A stretch of DNA of 64,000 nucleotides from NCBI GenBank assembly GCA_009773755.1, contig WSZJ01000030.1, positions 7,955 through 71,954 of the forward strand, given 5' to 3'. Below, piece after piece: positions 1 through 9,615 of the stretch. The notes beneath the pieces were generated by a model. It was given only the letters and a program-made list of their open reading frames with translations, was not told the origin of the DNA and searched no databases. The DNA comes from Planctomycetota bacterium (GTDB taxonomy: Bacteria; Planctomycetota; MHYJ01; WSZJ01). The position numbers and the translations under genes were made by a program. Position 1 is the stretch's first letter, and each line of letters opens with the position of its first letter.

Positions 1-897
1 GCCCCCGAACGTCAGCGTTCCGTCCTTCGCGAGTCGCGGAGCCCCGTCGTCGCCGGCGCCAAGCAGCGAGGCGATGAACCCGCGCGTCTTCGGCTCGCCG
101 ACCTTGTAGTCCGCGGCCGCGTCGTCCGCGCGGCACGACCACCCGTAAACGTCGGCGTCGAGGCGGAACGCGCCATTCGAGGCCAGCGCCCAGAACCTGT
201 TGCGCGAGGTCTCCGGTCCGTCGAGAAGGAGCGGTGGCTCGTCGAAATGCCCGTCGAAGCCCGCGAATTCCCCGACGCTCCCCGCCGACTCCCACTCGGC
301 CAGCGGCGCGCGCGGCGGCGAAGACAGCTCTTTGCGCAGGTCTTCCAGTTTTCGGGGAGACGCTCTTGCCAGCTTCGCAAGCGTTTCGGGCGATATCGCG
401 TCTTCAGGGCGCCGCCAGGCGTCCGCGCGAAGCGCCGCGGTCACCAGCGACGCCGCTTCGGACGGCCAGCCGCCGACGCCCAGCGCCTCGAGCAGAGAAA
501 CCGCCGGCAATCGCTCGGCGACCTCGAGCACCTCGTCGCGCAACCGCGAATTCCCGAGCCGCCACGCACAGAGCGCCATCGCGGCCACGAAGTCCTCCCC
601 GGACTTGAGCCCGGCTGACAGCGAGGGCAGGCGAAGAGCGAGCGCTTCCCCCCGGGCATCCAGGTTTTCTACGGCGTTGGAAATCTCCGAAGGAAGCGAA
701 TCTGCGCGGGTCAGGAGGATTCTTCTCAGGGAAGGGAAGACTTTCCGCAAGAGCGTCGTCACGCCCCGGCTCGTGCCGCCGCCGGGGGCGAGGGTTCCTC
801 GACCGGCGTGCAGCAGGATCAGATCGTACACGGACGAGAGCAGCTCGGCGGTCCGGTCGCCCTCTTCCGTGGCGGGCTGCGGACTGGAAACGCGCAT
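1..897 (-). CDS. hypothetical protein, truncated by the window edge (N-terminal 299 codons present)
   Basis: Own minus-strand translation. ATG at 897-895 (MRVSSPQPATEEGDRTAELLSSVYDLILLHAGRG...) stays open to nt 1, so it has no stop in the window and is absent from the ORF track. It lies 48 nt downstream of the ATPase stop. No family recognised. Confidence 0.55.
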   Translation of the reverse strand, partial: MRVSSPQPATEEGDRTAELLSSVYDLILLHAGRGTLAPGGGTSRGVTTLLRKVFPSLRRILLTRADSLPSEISNAVENLDARGEALALRLPSLSAGLKSGEDFVAAMALCAWRLGNSRLRDEVLEVAERLPAVSLLEALGVGGWPSEAASLVTAALRADAWRRPEDAISPETLAKLARASPRKLEDLRKELSSPPRAPLAEWESAGSVGEFAGFDGHFDEPPLLLDGPETSRNRFWALASNGAFRLDADVYGWSCRADDAAADYKVGEPKTRGFIASLLGAGDDGAPRLAKDGTLTFGG

Positions 898-945
898 TCA
901 GGTCGTCTCTCGAAGAGGCGACCCAGGCGCGCAGGACCGTGCTGG

Positions 946-2526
946 CTATCGCGGGTGTTTCAGCTTCCACGGCCGATAGTTGGAATAGCGCTGGTGGTAA
1001 TACTTCAGCTTCACGACGTCGGTGTGGACATGCGCGTACAGCTTGGAAGTCTTCGCAAACTTCGCGAGCGCCGTTTCGATGCGGTTGATCTGCGCGTCGA
1101 CGACGTCCACCGGCGGTTCCGATTTCAAGTGGCCGTTCGCCGTCCAGATCTCGTCGATCTCAGCCACCGGGTCGTCCCGGTCCAGGTTGAGCCGCACGAA
1201 CTCCTCGCACGCGAGGTCCCAGGCCCGGCGCAGCCACGCGATGCGGTCGACGCGGTAGATCTGCGCGCTCTGCTGGTCGAAGTACGGCGACGTCGGGTTC
1301 GGCTGCAGCTTTTCGTGGAGCACAAACGGTGCGATCTGGCGGACGTCCTCGGGCGAGACTTCTTCCGAGCCGCGGAACCAGGCCATCGACTTGGCGAAGG
1401 TAAGAAGCGTCATGAGGCTGCGCACGCTCAAGCCGTTCTCCGTCTGGCTGCAGAGACACTTCGTCTTGTCCCTGCCGCAGTCATTGGCGCAGACGGCCGA
1501 GAGCGTCTTCCCCGCGAGGTGAATCGTGTCCTTCGACTTGTATTCGATATCCACGGACGCCAGGTCGCAGAAATCGAATTGCGCGGCGAAAAACTCGATC
1601 CGCCTCCGAAGCGACCGCGCGATCGGCATCGCCAGGATCTCCTGGTACGACTCGTCCAGCTCCGTTTCCGTGAAAACGTGCTTCTTCTCGGCCTGCATCG
1701 TCTCCTCAGGCCGCTCCCGGTTCTCGAGGCGCTTCTGCAGGACTTCGAGAAATCTCGGATTGAACGTGAGCGCCTTGATGACGACGTCGATCCGGTCCTT
1801 GAGAGCCTCGATCACCTGGTAGGTGCCTCCGCCCGCGTCGTCGTTGGCCGTCAGGAACCACGCGCTTTCAGGGGACTCGATCGTCTGGCCCAGGACCTCC
1901 GCGTAGCCGTCCGCCATGAGCGTCAGGAGCGCCGACTGCGTCCGCGTCGGGATCCGGTTGTACTCGTCGACGATCTTCACGCGCATCTTGATCCACGCGC
2001 GCCACCCGATCCGGATCTTCTCCATGTCGTCGGCCTGGATCAGGTCCTTGGGCAGGGGAGACCCGAGCAGGTCCGCCACCGTCATCTGCGGCTGCCCGTG
2101 CTGCATCGCCCGGCGCATTTCCTTCAGCGGGTAGCCGGCCATGATTCCCATCAGCAGCGCCGAAGCCGTCTTGCCCCGCCCCGGCCCGCCGACGAAGAGC
2201 GCCTTCTTCCGCCCCGCAAACGTCAGCAGCGGCAGCAGCACGAACGACGACCACGAATGCGCCGTCGGAAGCCGCAGATCCGTCCCCGCGCCCTGGAAGC
2301 GGAACGACCGCGGAGCCGCCGTGTTGAATTCGATGTCGTAATGCGGCGTGATCACCGCGTTGTTCACGATCCAGTCGTACGCGTCCTGGAATCGCTCGTA
2401 GAGCGGCTTTCCCGCGCCGGCAGGCTGCCGCGCCTTCGGCTTCGACGCCCCGGACAGGAATTCCTCGATCTCGAAATTCCGGGAAACAGCCTTCTTCGGG
2501 GATTTCGATGAAGAGGGGTGAGGCAT
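946..2526 (-). CDS. MoxR-like AAA+ ATPase
   Basis: ORF 946..2562; the 2562 start is TTG, so I prefer ATG 2526. Walker A is GGPGRGKT. VDEYNRIPTRTQSALLTLMADG and TANDDAGGGTYQVIEALKDRIDVVI fit the MoxR/AAA_3 pattern. Confidence 0.8.
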   Translation of the reverse strand: MPHPSSSKSPKKAVSRNFEIEEFLSGASKPKARQPAGAGKPLYERFQDAYDWIVNNAVITPHYDIEFNTAAPRSFRFQGAGTDLRLPTAHSWSSFVLLPLLTFAGRKKALFVGGPGRGKTASALLMGIMAGYPLKEMRRAMQHGQPQMTVADLLGSPLPKDLIQADDMEKIRIGWRAWIKMRVKIVDEYNRIPTRTQSALLTLMADGYAEVLGQTIESPESAWFLTANDDAGGGTYQVIEALKDRIDVVIKALTFNPRFLEVLQKRLENRERPEETMQAEKKHVFTETELDESYQEILAMPIARSLRRRIEFFAAQFDFCDLASVDIEYKSKDTIHLAGKTLSAVCANDCGRDKTKCLCSQTENGLSVRSLMTLLTFAKSMAWFRGSEEVSPEDVRQIAPFVLHEKLQPNPTSPYFDQQSAQIYRVDRIAWLRRAWDLACEEFVRLNLDRDDPVAEIDEIWTANGHLKSEPPVDVVDAQINRIETALAKFAKTSKLYAHVHTDVVKLKYYHQRYSNYRPWKLKHPR

Positions 2527-2653
2527 TTCTCGGAGCGTGCCAGACGAGAAAAGCAGGGTCAAGGGAAGCGGCGCTCGACGAAGTCAACGGACGCGGGGTC
2601 TCTCAGCTCCGCCGCAAGGATGCGATGCCGCCTTGACGGACGCGTCTAGTATC

Positions 2654-2869
2654 ATGGCCCTGATGAGCGAGCTCATTTTCGTGGTTGAAGAGGCTGTTGA
2701 GGGCGGCTACACGGCCAAAGCCCTGGGTGCCAGCATCTTCACCGAGGCTGACTCCCTGGACGAATTGCGCGCCGGCATTCTGGACGCCGTGAGATGCCAC
2801 TTCGGCGAGTCCGAACGCCCCAAGATGGTCCGTCTGCATCTTGTTCGAGACGAAGTCCTCCCCGTATGA
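2654..2869 (+). CDS. hicB: HicB-like antitoxin (small N-terminal HicB fold)
   Basis: Internal ATG 2654 of ORF 2537..2869. MALMSELIFVVEEAVEGGYTAKALGASIFTEADSLDELRAGILDAV is the typical HicB_lk_antitox pattern. It has a 4-nt ATGA overlap with hicA. Confidence 0.75.
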   Translation: MALMSELIFVVEEAVEGGYTAKALGASIFTEADSLDELRAGILDAVRCHFGESERPKMVRLHLVRDEVLPV

Positions 2870-3108
2870 AGCTGCCGCGGGACCTGAGTGGCTCCGATCT
2901 CGCGAAGCGCCTTGCGAAGTTTGGATACAGCGTGACGCGCCAATCCGGGAGTCACATCCGGCTGACGACCATGATCGGCGGCGAACACCACGTCACCATT
3001 CCCGCTCATTCGACGCTCAAGACTGGAACCCTGAGTGGCATCGTGGGAGACGTCGCGATGCATCTCGGGAGAGACAAGTCCGTTGTTTCAAAAGAACTGT
3101 TCGAGTAG
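2866..3108 (+). CDS. hicA: HicA mRNA-interferase toxin
   Basis: MKLPRDLSGSDLAKRLAKFGYSVTRQSGSHIRLT matches the YcfA/HicA signature (G...R..GSH). Start is the internal ATG 2866 of ORF 2794..3108. Confidence 0.8.
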   Translation: MKLPRDLSGSDLAKRLAKFGYSVTRQSGSHIRLTTMIGGEHHVTIPAHSTLKTGTLSGIVGDVAMHLGRDKSVVSKELFE

Positions 3109-3533
3109 CGGAGCGGGCCTACTTCGTCAATGCGCGAGATTCCAGGATGAATGATTCGCCCTATGCGAGCTGCAGTTGTTTTAGCCAGACCGGCAAGAAC
3201 GAGCGTGGCGGAGTCCCGGTCATGTTCCATCGCGAGATCCAGGATTTGCGATGCCAGGCGTGGACCCGAGAACTGAGCCGGGAGGAGGTGATGTCGGGGT
3301 CGGTCTGGCCCGGGAGTGGCCGGGAGATTGACCGGGAGCCGACGAGATAGGAGAAATTCAAATTCTCCGTTTCCAGAGTATTCCCTCTCAACCTGGTGGA
3401 CACTCTCCCGAAAACTCCCGATCCAACTCCCGGCCTCTCCCGGGCTCCGCCTCTTTTCAATGATGCCCAACGCCCATGGGTACCGTGCTGCAGTAGCCAT
3501 TCTTGCCGCGACTCGCATACCATCTCCCGGCTC

Positions 3534-4346
3534 ATGAACCCGAAGATGATCTACGGCACAGCGTGGAAGGAACTCGAGACCGAGCGACTCGTCGGGCTGG
3601 CGCTTCGGAGCGGCTTCCGCGCGATCGACACCGCGAACCAGCGGAAGCACTACTACGAGGCTGGCGTCGGCGCGGCACTGGCGAAGGCGTATAAGGACGG
3701 GTTGGTGAAACGCGAGGACCTCTTCCTCCAGACGAAATTCACCGACCGCGGCGGGCAGGACCAGCGGCTGCCGTACGACCCGAACGCGGATGCGGCGACG
3801 CAGGTGAAGCAGTCGTTCGCGAGTTCGCTGGAGCACTTGGGGACGGACTACCTCGACTCGTACGTGCTGCACGGGCCGTCGACGCGTTACGGCATCGGCG
3901 AGCACGACCGGGCGATCTGGCGGGCGATGGAGGAGATTGCGAAGGCGGGGAAGGCGCGGGCGCTGGGCGTGAGCAATGTTTCTGCGGAGCAGCTCGAGGA
4001 GCTTTGCGCCTTCGCGAAAGTGCAGCCCGCGTACGCGCAGATCCGGACGTTCGCGCGCAGCGGCTGGGATGCCGACACCCGCGCGGTCTGCCGGGAGCGG
4101 AAGATCGTCTTCCAGGGGTTTTCGCTTCTGACCGCCAACCCGCACGTCGTGATGCATCCCGAAATCGGCCGGCTTGCGGCCGCGCGAAAGGTCACGCCGG
4201 CGCAGCTCACGTTCGCGTGGTGCGTGCACCTCGGAATCCTGCCCCTCACCGGGACGACGAGCGAAGAGCACATGAAGCAGGACCTGGAAGCGGTGAACCT
4301 CCGGTTGAGCGAAACGGAGTCTCAGATTTTCGATCGCCTGCGCTGA
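3534..4346 (+). CDS. aldo/keto reductase
   Basis: From internal ATG 3534: MNPKMIYGTAWKELETERLV...FRAIDTANQRKHYYEAGVG...DSYVLHGP. This is the AKR catalytic-region pattern. Confidence 0.8.
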   Translation: MNPKMIYGTAWKELETERLVGLALRSGFRAIDTANQRKHYYEAGVGAALAKAYKDGLVKREDLFLQTKFTDRGGQDQRLPYDPNADAATQVKQSFASSLEHLGTDYLDSYVLHGPSTRYGIGEHDRAIWRAMEEIAKAGKARALGVSNVSAEQLEELCAFAKVQPAYAQIRTFARSGWDADTRAVCRERKIVFQGFSLLTANPHVVMHPEIGRLAAARKVTPAQLTFAWCVHLGILPLTGTTSEEHMKQDLEAVNLRLSETESQIFDRLR

Positions 4347-4939
4347 CGCTGGGCGGGCATCAGCCCCGGCACTTTGGAAAGTTCCCGGGTCAGGGACTCC
4401 ATTGGCAGCCCGACGACGTTCGTGAACGAACCCCGGATTGCCGCGACCAGTTCGTCGCCGTGCTCCTGGATGGCGTAGGCGCCCGCCTTGTCGAGAACGT
4501 GGACGCGCTTCAGGTAGTCGGAAATGCGTTTCTCTGAAAGGCGCCGGAAGGTCACGCGCGTTCTTTCGATCCAGAGAGTTTCATCCGGCCATGGCGTGCG
4601 AGATAAGCAGACCGCCGTGAGGACTTCGTGCGTCCGTCCGGAGAGCGCCCGCAGCATCGAAGCGGCCGCGCGGAGGCTCGCCGGCTTTCCCAGAGTCTTT
4701 CCGCCCAGTGAGATGACCGTGTCCGCGCCAATGACAAGAGATCGCCGGCGTGTGTGCGACACGACGCTGGCCTTAAGAACGGCGTTGTACCTGGCGATCT
4801 CCTCAGGCGACCACCCGAGGCCCTTCACCTCGGGGACGCAGATGGGCACGATCTCGAAGGGAACTCCCAGACCGCGCAGCAGTTCCGCGCGACGCGGCGA
4901 AGAGGAAGCGAGCACGAGGCGGAGCGTTCGCGGAGGCAC
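4322..4939 (-). CDS. maf: Maf-like nucleoside triphosphate pyrophosphatase
   Basis: LVLASSSPRRAELLRGLGVPFEI...DKAGAYAIQEHG...GSFTNVVGLP are Maf family hallmarks. Its 3' end overlaps the AKR 3' end by 25 nt (convergent). Confidence 0.85.
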   Translation of the reverse strand: MPPRTLRLVLASSSPRRAELLRGLGVPFEIVPICVPEVKGLGWSPEEIARYNAVLKASVVSHTRRRSLVIGADTVISLGGKTLGKPASLRAAASMLRALSGRTHEVLTAVCLSRTPWPDETLWIERTRVTFRRLSEKRISDYLKRVHVLDKAGAYAIQEHGDELVAAIRGSFTNVVGLPMESLTRELSKVPGLMPAQRQRRRSKI

Positions 4940-4990
4940 CTCGGGATCTTAGTCCCGCACTTCGCGCCCCTGCCTTAGAATTCCGGCGCC

Positions 4991-6007
4991 ATGCCCACCG
5001 ACCTCCCCTTCACCTCCCCCTGGCTCCTCGCACCCATGGAAGGCGTCACGGACCCGTGTTTCCGCGACGTGGTCCTCGAGCGCCTCGACCCCCGCGATCT
5101 CGGCGGGGCATACACGGAATTCGTGCGCGTCAGCCACACGCCGATTCCGGAGTGGAAGCTTGCGGAACACCTCGGTCCCCGGAAGTACGGGCAGCCGGTC
5201 GGGCTGCAGGTCATGGGAAGCGACGCCGGGCCGCTCGCCGCGACCGTGGACGCCGCGATCTACGCGGGCGCGCCGCTCGTGGACGTCAACTTCGGCTGCC
5301 CGTCGAAGGGCGCCTTCCACGACTGTGCGGGGTCGGCGCTTCTCGATCACCCCGAGCGCATCGAAGCCCTCGTGCGCGCCTGCGTCACGGCCGCGGGCGG
5401 GCGCGTGCCGGTGACGGCAAAGATGCGAAGCGGCGTCCGTGAGGACTCGCGGCTGGAGGAAGTCGCGCAGGCGGCGGAGGCGGGCGGCGCCGTGATGATC
5501 ACGGTGCACTGCCGGACGCGCGAGGAAGGTTACCGCGACTGCGCCGACTGGAGCCGAGTGGCTCGCGCGGTGGCCGCGGTGCGCGTCCCCGTCTGCGGCA
5601 ACGGAAGCGTCGAAACGCACGCCGACCTGGAGCTCATCCGCCGTGAGACCGGCTGCAAGTACGCCATGGTCGGGCGCGCGGCGCTCGGCGACCCTTGGAT
5701 CTTCAGCGGGCGCTCCGTCACCGTCGCCGAGGCCGCGCGGTTCCTGCTCGACTACGCCGAGGCGCTTCTGACCCGCAGGAAATTCAGCCAGAACGGCGCT
5801 TCGGGGCGCGTGAAGCGGCTGCTCTCGTTCTGGAAAGCAGGCCGTCTCTTCGACGGCGCGGGCCCGGCCGCGACACGGGCTGAAAAGGGGCGTCGATTGG
5901 CCGAACCGAAACCCGAGCGCCTGTGGGCCTGGCTGGAAGAGCGAGCTGCGACGGCTTCCGCAGGCGATTGCGAGGCGGGACGCCCCTCGGCTATTCTCCA
6001 CGCATGA
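4991..6007 (+). CDS. dus: tRNA-dihydrouridine synthase
   Basis: LAPMEGVTDPCFR...VDVNFGCPSKGAF...VTAKMRSG...ITVHCRTREEGY is the Dus family pattern. Confidence 0.85.
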   Translation: MPTDLPFTSPWLLAPMEGVTDPCFRDVVLERLDPRDLGGAYTEFVRVSHTPIPEWKLAEHLGPRKYGQPVGLQVMGSDAGPLAATVDAAIYAGAPLVDVNFGCPSKGAFHDCAGSALLDHPERIEALVRACVTAAGGRVPVTAKMRSGVREDSRLEEVAQAAEAGGAVMITVHCRTREEGYRDCADWSRVARAVAAVRVPVCGNGSVETHADLELIRRETGCKYAMVGRAALGDPWIFSGRSVTVAEAARFLLDYAEALLTRRKFSQNGASGRVKRLLSFWKAGRLFDGAGPAATRAEKGRRLAEPKPERLWAWLEERAATASAGDCEAGRPSAILHA

Positions 6008-6780
6008 TCCGACTCCTCCTCGCGCTCGCCGTCCTCGCCCTCCCCCTGCGCGCGGAGGACTGCGCTTTGTGCACTCCCGCGAAGCTCTGTGCCCCCCACA
6101 CCGAGTCCGACAAAGACGCCTGCAAGAAACTCCAGGCGGGACTCGGCAATCCCGATCCCGCGGTGCGAAAGACCGCAATCGACGCGTTCGCGGCCGCCTG
6201 CTTCGCCCACGCGAACTGCCGCCCCGCCGCCAATGCGCTTCTGCTGGGCGCCGCGCTGAAGGATCCTGACCCCGGGGTTCGCATCCGCGCGGCCGGGCAG
6301 CTCGGCCTGACACAGGATCCCCGCACGAGCGTGAAGCTCTTCGATCCCCTGATCGATCCTCTCCTCAAGAAGCTGGGGAAAGAACCGAAGCCGGGAAATG
6401 AAGAGGTTGCCTGGGACAACGACTTCGATTTCATGAAAGCGATCATTCACGCGCTCTCGGTAGCCGCCGTCCCGGAAGCCGGTCCTCCGATGGCCCGGAT
6501 TCTCTGCGGCAAGCGCATGATCGTCATCGAAGCGGCGGCTCAGGAATGCCACACCATTCGTTCGAAGGACCTGCCGCCTGCGATTCTCGCTTCGCTCGAA
6601 GCAGTGAAGCAGACGCCGCCGGATCCGTTCCGCGACCGGGCTTTCAATGCGCTCACCGCGGCCTGGGAAAAACTCACGTCGTCCGGCGTCAAGGCTCCGG
6701 TAGCGGGTGCCAGCGATGCAAACCGGTGGCTCGCGGAATGCAAGGCGTGGTGGAAGGCGAACGAGAAGGGGTGGAAGTAG
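6004..6780 (+). CDS. secreted HEAT-repeat-like protein
   Basis: Internal ATG 6004 gives an ATGA overlap with the dus stop. Signal peptide MIRLLLALAVLALPLRA. Repeated NPDPAVRKTAIDAF / DPDPGVRIRAAGQLG HEAT-like units. Confidence 0.65.
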   Translation: MIRLLLALAVLALPLRAEDCALCTPAKLCAPHTESDKDACKKLQAGLGNPDPAVRKTAIDAFAAACFAHANCRPAANALLLGAALKDPDPGVRIRAAGQLGLTQDPRTSVKLFDPLIDPLLKKLGKEPKPGNEEVAWDNDFDFMKAIIHALSVAAVPEAGPPMARILCGKRMIVIEAAAQECHTIRSKDLPPAILASLEAVKQTPPDPFRDRAFNALTAAWEKLTSSGVKAPVAGASDANRWLAECKAWWKANEKGWK

Positions 6781-6782
6781 CC

Positions 6783-6948
6783 AAGTAGCTCCTCGATGAT
6801 TCTGGCCCATCCAGCCGCCGCGAATTTCGTCGGCCCGCAAGGAGGAGACCGGAACTGGAGCGGAACGGAGCTCCAGTGAGGATCGACGACGCTGCGGGAC
6901 GACGAAAGGCGCGCGGATGGATGGGCCAGAATCATCGAGGAGCTACTT
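6783..6948. repeat. 166-bp rod-like palindromic element (31-bp perfect terminal inverted repeat)
   Basis: AAGTAGCTCCTCGATGATTCTGGCCCATCCA (6783-6813) is the exact reverse complement of 6918-6948. The interior continues to pair imperfectly (TTTCGTCGGCCCGCA vs TTTCGTCGTCCCGCA). The apex is a 7-bp hairpin, ACTGGAG...CTCCAGT (6854-6877). Confidence 0.85.
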
Positions 6949-7813
6949 AGTTCCCCGCGCCGAGCCGCTTCAGCTCCGCGCGCGCCATGTCGGGTTCCAC
7001 GAATCCGGTGACCGAGCTGCCCACGCAATCCCGGAACCGCTCGATCGCGCCGGCGTCGTCGCCCGCGGCCTCCCGCGCGACGCCTGCGTAGAACGAGGCT
7101 TCGCAGGTGCGCTCCTTTCGCGTCTTCTCGTCGCCGGTGCGCGCGGTCAGCAGCAGCTCGCTCTCGGGGAAATCGCCCTGGAGGAATTCGGCAATCTGGC
7201 GCGGCCAGGCGGTTTCCATCGTCGGACGGTTCTGGCGGAAATGCCGCTTCAGTCCCTCGATCGCCTCGTCACGGCGGTTGGCGCGGAGGCGGGCGGCGGC
7301 GAGCTCGAGCTGGGTGAAATCGAGGTTGGAGCCGGCTTTCTGGGTGCTGCCGGCTTCGGCGAGGTCGGCGATGGCGCCTTCGAGGTCGCCGAGGCAGAAG
7401 CGGGAGTGGCCGCGCGCGCGATAGAATTCAGCTGCGGTGCGGATTGAAAGAGCCTTGGTGTGGTCGGCGACGGCGCCTGCAGGATCTCCTGCGGCCTGCT
7501 TCGCCTTGCCGCGACGGAACCAGACCGTGGCGTCGTCGAGGTTGAGCTCGATCGCTCGCGAGAAGGCCTCGGCCGCGCCGGACTCGTCGCCGGCCTCGCG
7601 CCTGGCCTGGCCGAGGCTGAACCACGTCGAGGCCGATTCGGGCTCGAGGTCGAGCGCGAGTTCAAAGGCGCGCACGGCGCCGGGGGCATCGCCATGCTGC
7701 ATCTTTCTCTCGCCGGTGCTGACCCGGTCGCGGAATTCGCGGATGCGGTTTCCGGGAGCGGTGCAGGCTGAAAGCAGGACGAGCATGGCGATGACGGGAG
7801 ATGCGCGCTTCAT
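6947..7813 (-). CDS. TPR-repeat lipoprotein/secreted protein
   Basis: Internal ATG 7813. MKRASPVIAMLVLLSAC is lipobox-like. Multiple TPR-like units (GAVRAFELALDLEPESASTWFSLGQARREAGD...). Confidence 0.7.
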   Translation of the reverse strand: MKRASPVIAMLVLLSACTAPGNRIREFRDRVSTGERKMQHGDAPGAVRAFELALDLEPESASTWFSLGQARREAGDESGAAEAFSRAIELNLDDATVWFRRGKAKQAAGDPAGAVADHTKALSIRTAAEFYRARGHSRFCLGDLEGAIADLAEAGSTQKAGSNLDFTQLELAAARLRANRRDEAIEGLKRHFRQNRPTMETAWPRQIAEFLQGDFPESELLLTARTGDEKTRKERTCEASFYAGVAREAAGDDAGAIERFRDCVGSSVTGFVEPDMARAELKRLGAGN

Positions 7814-8040
7814 GTGTGATTCCCTGGCCTCGAATCCACCCCGCCCCATTATCAGGGTGACGGCCGGGGACGCGTCGAGAAATGCACCATTTGCCGGCCC
7901 TTTCGCGTATATTCGGAAGTCTCTATGCCCAAAGGGGTTGCATCGGTCTACCACCGTGCCGGCGCTTCACCCCGCCATACGAAATTCCCTTTACCCTGTG
8001 TAACACTTCCTCTTCCCACCGTCCTATTCCCGGCTGACGC

Positions 8041-8595
8041 GTGATAACACCGCTGGAGAGCGAGCACCAGAAAGTTCTTCTCCGCAACTGGGCCCGGGGA
8101 AACCGGGAAAGCGGAGAGGAACTTCTCCGGCAGATGCTTCCGGGGATCTACGGGTTGTGCTACCGGATCCTCGGTCGCGACGCTGATGCGCAGGACGCCG
8201 CGCAGGAGACGTTCGCCCGGATGTGCGCGGAAATCCGGAAAGGGACTGAAATCCGGGACGTGAGAAAGTGGGCGGCCACGGTGGCGATGAACCGCTCGAT
8301 AGACATGAAGCGGGTACGCGGGCGCGAGGTCGAGCTGGAGCCGGAACTCGCGCCGGCCGCCGAAACGGCGGACCCGCTGGACCGAATTGACGGGGAAAAC
8401 TTACGGAAGTGGATGGAGAAGTTGCCTGAGCGTTACCGGGTCGTGCTTCACCACCATTTCTACATGGACATGAAGCCGCAGGAGATCGCGGAAGTCATGA
8501 AGCTGGAAGCGGGGACGGCGAGAGTGCTGCTGCACCGGGCGATCGCCGCGTTACGGAAGGCCGCCGGACAGGAAAAAGGAACGACGGAACCCTGA
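8041..8595 (+). CDS. ECF-type RNA polymerase sigma factor
   Basis: GTG start. Region 2 pattern YGLCYRILGRDADAQDAAQETF and region 4 pattern LPERYRVVLHHHFYMDMKPQEIAEVMKLEAGTARVLLHRA. Confidence 0.85.
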   Translation: MITPLESEHQKVLLRNWARGNRESGEELLRQMLPGIYGLCYRILGRDADAQDAAQETFARMCAEIRKGTEIRDVRKWAATVAMNRSIDMKRVRGREVELEPELAPAAETADPLDRIDGENLRKWMEKLPERYRVVLHHHFYMDMKPQEIAEVMKLEAGTARVLLHRAIAALRKAAGQEKGTTEP

Positions 8596-8596
8596 G

Positions 8597-9604
8597 ATGA
8601 GCATGCACCCGACCCACGAGAAGCTCGCGGAATTCGCCTGGGACGCCCTCGAGGGCGCCGAGGCGGACGCCGTCGAGAAGCACGTCGCCGCCTGCGGCGA
8701 CTGCGCTCTCCAGGTCGAGCGCGTGCGGGCCGAGGCGCGCAAGCTGTCGGCCGCGCTGGAGCTTCCGATTCCCGCCGGGCTCGCCGTGCGCATCCTCGAT
8801 TCGGCGACTCCCGCTGCTGAGAGCGGTCCTCGACTCGCGCCGTGGATTGGGGTTGCCGCCGCGGCGCTCTTCGCCGTCACCGCGGCCTGGGCCTGGCGCG
8901 GGATGGAGAGCGCCAACCGCCGGATCGAAAAGCTCGAGAAGGAACTGGCCTCGCGTCCGACCCCGGGACCGGTCGTCGCGAACCAGACCGAGGACATCGA
9001 CACCATCCTGAAGCAGATGGCGCGGATCGAGATCGAAGGCGAAGCGGGCACCGTGAGCGCTTCGGTCCCCGGACTCACCCCGGACGAAAAGGAATCCCTG
9101 CGCGGCATGATCGTCGACGCGGCGGACACGATTGCCGAGGTGCTCGCAAAAGTCGCCCGCAAAGAAATCGACTGGGACACGCTGGAGCACACGGATTTGT
9201 TCGCGAGCCTCGACCCGGACCTCCTCGCCAAGTTCGAGCGGTCTGACTTTGCCGATATCGTCGCCGCTCTCGAGCGCCCCTCCCGCGCCGATGCCATCGC
9301 CGTCGCCCGCGCTCTCGTCGGCGACCTCGTCGTCGCCGCGGGTCTCGATCAGGCCCAGGCCTCCTCGCTGGAATCTTTCATCGTCGACAAGACGGCTTGG
9401 CGTCGCGATTTCCACTTCCTCCCCGACGTCGTCCAGCGCGAGCTCGCAGCGCGCTTCGTCGGGGCGGGCGGCTCGCTTCGCCCTGAGACGGCCGCGCTTC
9501 TCAGCGATAGCCAGAAATCCCGCGTTCTCAACTACCTGGCAAGCGCGGCGACCGAGCGGAATCGCTACTGGGAAACCCTGAAAAAGAACGCCAACAAACA
9601 CTGA
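8597..9604 (+). CDS. anti-sigma factor (zf-HC2 type) with one TM segment
   Basis: Starts 1 nt after the sigma-factor stop. H-x3-C-x2-C motif (VEKHVAACGDCALQ). TM segment APWIGVAAAALFAVTAAWAW. Confidence 0.7.
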   Translation: MSMHPTHEKLAEFAWDALEGAEADAVEKHVAACGDCALQVERVRAEARKLSAALELPIPAGLAVRILDSATPAAESGPRLAPWIGVAAAALFAVTAAWAWRGMESANRRIEKLEKELASRPTPGPVVANQTEDIDTILKQMARIEIEGEAGTVSASVPGLTPDEKESLRGMIVDAADTIAEVLAKVARKEIDWDTLEHTDLFASLDPDLLAKFERSDFADIVAALERPSRADAIAVARALVGDLVVAAGLDQAQASSLESFIVDKTAWRRDFHFLPDVVQRELAARFVGAGGSLRPETAALLSDSQKSRVLNYLASAATERNRYWETLKKNANKH

Positions 9605-9615
9605 AGGAGACGGTC

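Noticed and set aside
200-2511. Long ORFs 200..979(+), 404..970(-), 808..2511(+) and many similar ones elsewhere, e.g. 3006..4271(-), 4949..6313(-), 11516..13993(-), 25256..26551(+), 30687..32210(+) and 57794..59893(-).
   Set aside because: They are Arg/Pro/Ala/Gly-rich shadow ORFs on the opposite strand, or in an alternate frame, of genes with clear family motifs. This is typical of about 70% GC DNA. They have no motifs and no sensible starts.
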